A DNA stretch of 64,000 nt from Tubiluchus corallicola. Taxonomy: Eukaryota > Animalia > Priapulida. The notes beneath the pieces are model-generated. The model made no database searches, was not told the DNA's origin, and saw nothing but the letters and a program-made list of their open reading frames with translations. Where the stretch lies: positions 248,001 through 312,000 of the forward strand of contig JAQGDQ010000254.1 in assembly GCA_030141605.1 (NCBI GenBank). The letters are read 5' to 3'. The translations under genes and the position numbers were made by a program. This document shows, one piece after another, positions 61,913 through 64,000 of this stretch (position 1 is its first letter; each line of letters starts with the position of its first letter).

Positions 61913-62962
61913 TCACAACTGAGCAACATTTAAGATCTTTTTGAATTCTGGTGTAGCATTTTGAACTATCCATTTTTGATCGGGATGGCCTGTGCAGGGA
62001 GCTACCACCAAGTCTCCGGAACCATGAGCATTACTTCCATCGAGGCACTTCTTACTTAGTGTGTGAACAATTGTGCCATTCTAGAGCAAAAAACACAAAA
62101 ATGACGTTATTCATTGCGCGTCATTGTGCACCATAAGAAATGCAATGCCCAGCAATTTTATGATGAAGATTACACTAATAAAATGTCTGTAACTCTAAAA
62201 AAATTCAAGTCTAGATTTCTATGTGCAATATGGCTTATCACACGGGTAATACGGGTTGCACATACATTTAAAAAAAAGAAAGAAGCAATGAAAAAACATT
62301 CCGAGGATTCAGGCAAGTGGCAACACTGGCGTTCATACGAGCAATATTGGTATGTACTCATGTATCTAATAGATGATCATACATTGTTCTCTCACTTATC
62401 GTAGGTGTTCAGTTCCAGGCCCACTCACGAAAAGTGAATTTCCGCAAAGTAGAGTAGCATCTCAAACGGGCACAAGTACTACATTTCGTTTTTGGTGTGT
62501 ATTCATCCGCCGAATAAATACATTATTTACTGTAAATGGTCATTTTTTATGATTTATATATTCTTTTAATGTTAGAATTAGTATTTTTAATATATTTTTT
62601 ATGTATTTTGTGATTTTTATGCAAAATTCATCAAATCTATATATTACTGTACAATACGTACTACGCATATACAAAAATACTTTAGACGGAGTACTGCAAA
62701 AACCCGCAAAACAGCGAAGGAACATTGTATAGTAATTTCAATTTGCATTAGTTTATTATGATTTAACGTTAAATCATTTTTCACCAGCCATTACCCAATA
62801 TTGTAAATTCAATGCTGTATTTACCGAATAAAATGTCCAAGCTTGATTGCCTCGATCACCATGGCAGTCAAACAGCTTAACGGGAGAAGATTCCTCACGT
62901 TTTGACACATCAAAGCAATGTTCCTCCGTACGAATTTCACCAATCTTAGTTATGGCAAACAG
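61913..62962 (-). CDS. GALNT copy D, last two exons (ricin-B lectin beta and gamma repeats); the rest lies beyond the right edge
   Basis: Exon 62962-62825 (LFAITKIGEIRTEEHCFDVSKREESSPVKLFDCHGDRGNQAWTFYS) and exon 62080-61913 (NGTIVHTLSKKCLDGSNAHGSGDLVVAPCTGHPDQKWIVQ...VAQL*) have the same boundaries as the last two exons of copy A. Confidence 0.85.
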
Positions 62963-63023
62963 CTTAAAAAGTTCAAAATAAAATATGATTACAAATACGA
63001 ACAAATTAAATAATTTTATATCA

Positions 63024-63484
63024 CAGTATAAGGTACTCGCTTATAAGGGACCACCAACACCAGCCCTGATTTTTCGTAACATTTTTCATAGGTAAAAATC
63101 TTCGTATATAAGGTACTAGGATATAAGGGACTTTTGGTTATAAGGGACGATATCTTCAGGTCCCGCACAATAGAAACACAGGTAAATTACCTCGCATATA
63201 AGGGACCCTATGATCAAAGCGAAATTGATCGATTTTTAACCTCAATTCTTTGCAAATTTGGCCTTCGAACAGCTCGGCTTCCGTGATCACATACATCTCG
63301 CATCACTGAAGGATCTTCCTACATACTGTTTGCACAGAATGTGTGGCAATAATCCATAAAAATATAGGTAAAAGTACAGGTCTAGATACACCCTCGGTCT
63401 GGCTCAACTTCGGCTATGAGGAACATCGGATATAAGGGACGGTTTTTCCGGTCCCGAGGTGTCCCTTATATCAGAATTTGACTG
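63024..63484. mobile_element. Tc1/pogo-type MITE with repeated tataagggac motifs
   Basis: Ends cagtataaggtactcgcttataagggacc ... gtcccttatatcagaatttgactg-TA, with several internal tataaggg(ac) copies. Confidence 0.7.
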
Positions 63485-64000
63485 TATCTTTGTAAGTTTG
63501 CTGACCATTATAGATGCTTGTAAAGTTGTAATATATACCAAGAGTCAGTTCTTGGTATCTTCAACTTTGCTTCAGGAACGACATCAGGAAATTGGAAACT
63601 AGTCATTTCTTACATTAGTGCTCATATTCTTGCTACAACCCTCATTACAACGCTCCCCCTTTATAATGCCAACTTTACTTAGCGCGCAAATTTTTAGCAA
63701 AACAAAATATTTCTTTTTTCATAGAGAGACATGTATTAATGCAGCTCGTTATAATGCCAAACACGCTATAACTTTTGCAGTCCCAAAGTAGGCAATATAA
63801 ACAGGTTCGACTGTACCTCTCTTCTTTGTTTTACAACATGTTTTTTTCTATCATATGCCAGATTCTCTTAAACTTTAAATTACAATCATGTTTAAATACA
63901 TTACATAAGTATTTTAATTTGTAGTAGTGGTTTAGTGTTTATTTTATTTTTCATTTAAGAACATTTATAAAATACATTTTTTTAAAAGAAAATGGCAGCA

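Overview
AT-rich, intron-containing animal genomic DNA, most likely from an invertebrate. All genes lie on the minus strand. From left to right: (1) the 5' part of a DEAH-box RNA helicase that looks like DHX33 (six coding exons at 626-7775; the gene continues off the left edge); (2) a head-to-tail tandem array of at least four polypeptide N-acetylgalactosaminyltransferase genes (ppGalNAc-T/GALNT, CAZy GT27, with a ricin-B lectin domain). Copy A (10754-26977, about 562 aa) keeps every canonical catalytic motif (DAH, WGGEN, GHIFR). Copies B (33145-44035, about 557 aa) and C (49315-57269, about 560 aa) have ten exons each, intact splice sites and open frames. Both have lost the Mn2+-binding DxH (now ESH) and the Gal/GalNAc-T motif WGGEN, and C has also lost the third metal-ligand His, so they look like conserved pseudo-enzymes. 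Only the last two exons of copy D (61913-62962) are in the window. Introns and spacers hold hAT and Tc1/pogo-type MITEs (three with perfect 8-bp TSDs, one of them nested), decayed LINEs, tRNA-derived SINE heads, a 5S-rRNA-like fragment and local duplications. Exon boundaries were read by hand and no database searches were run.
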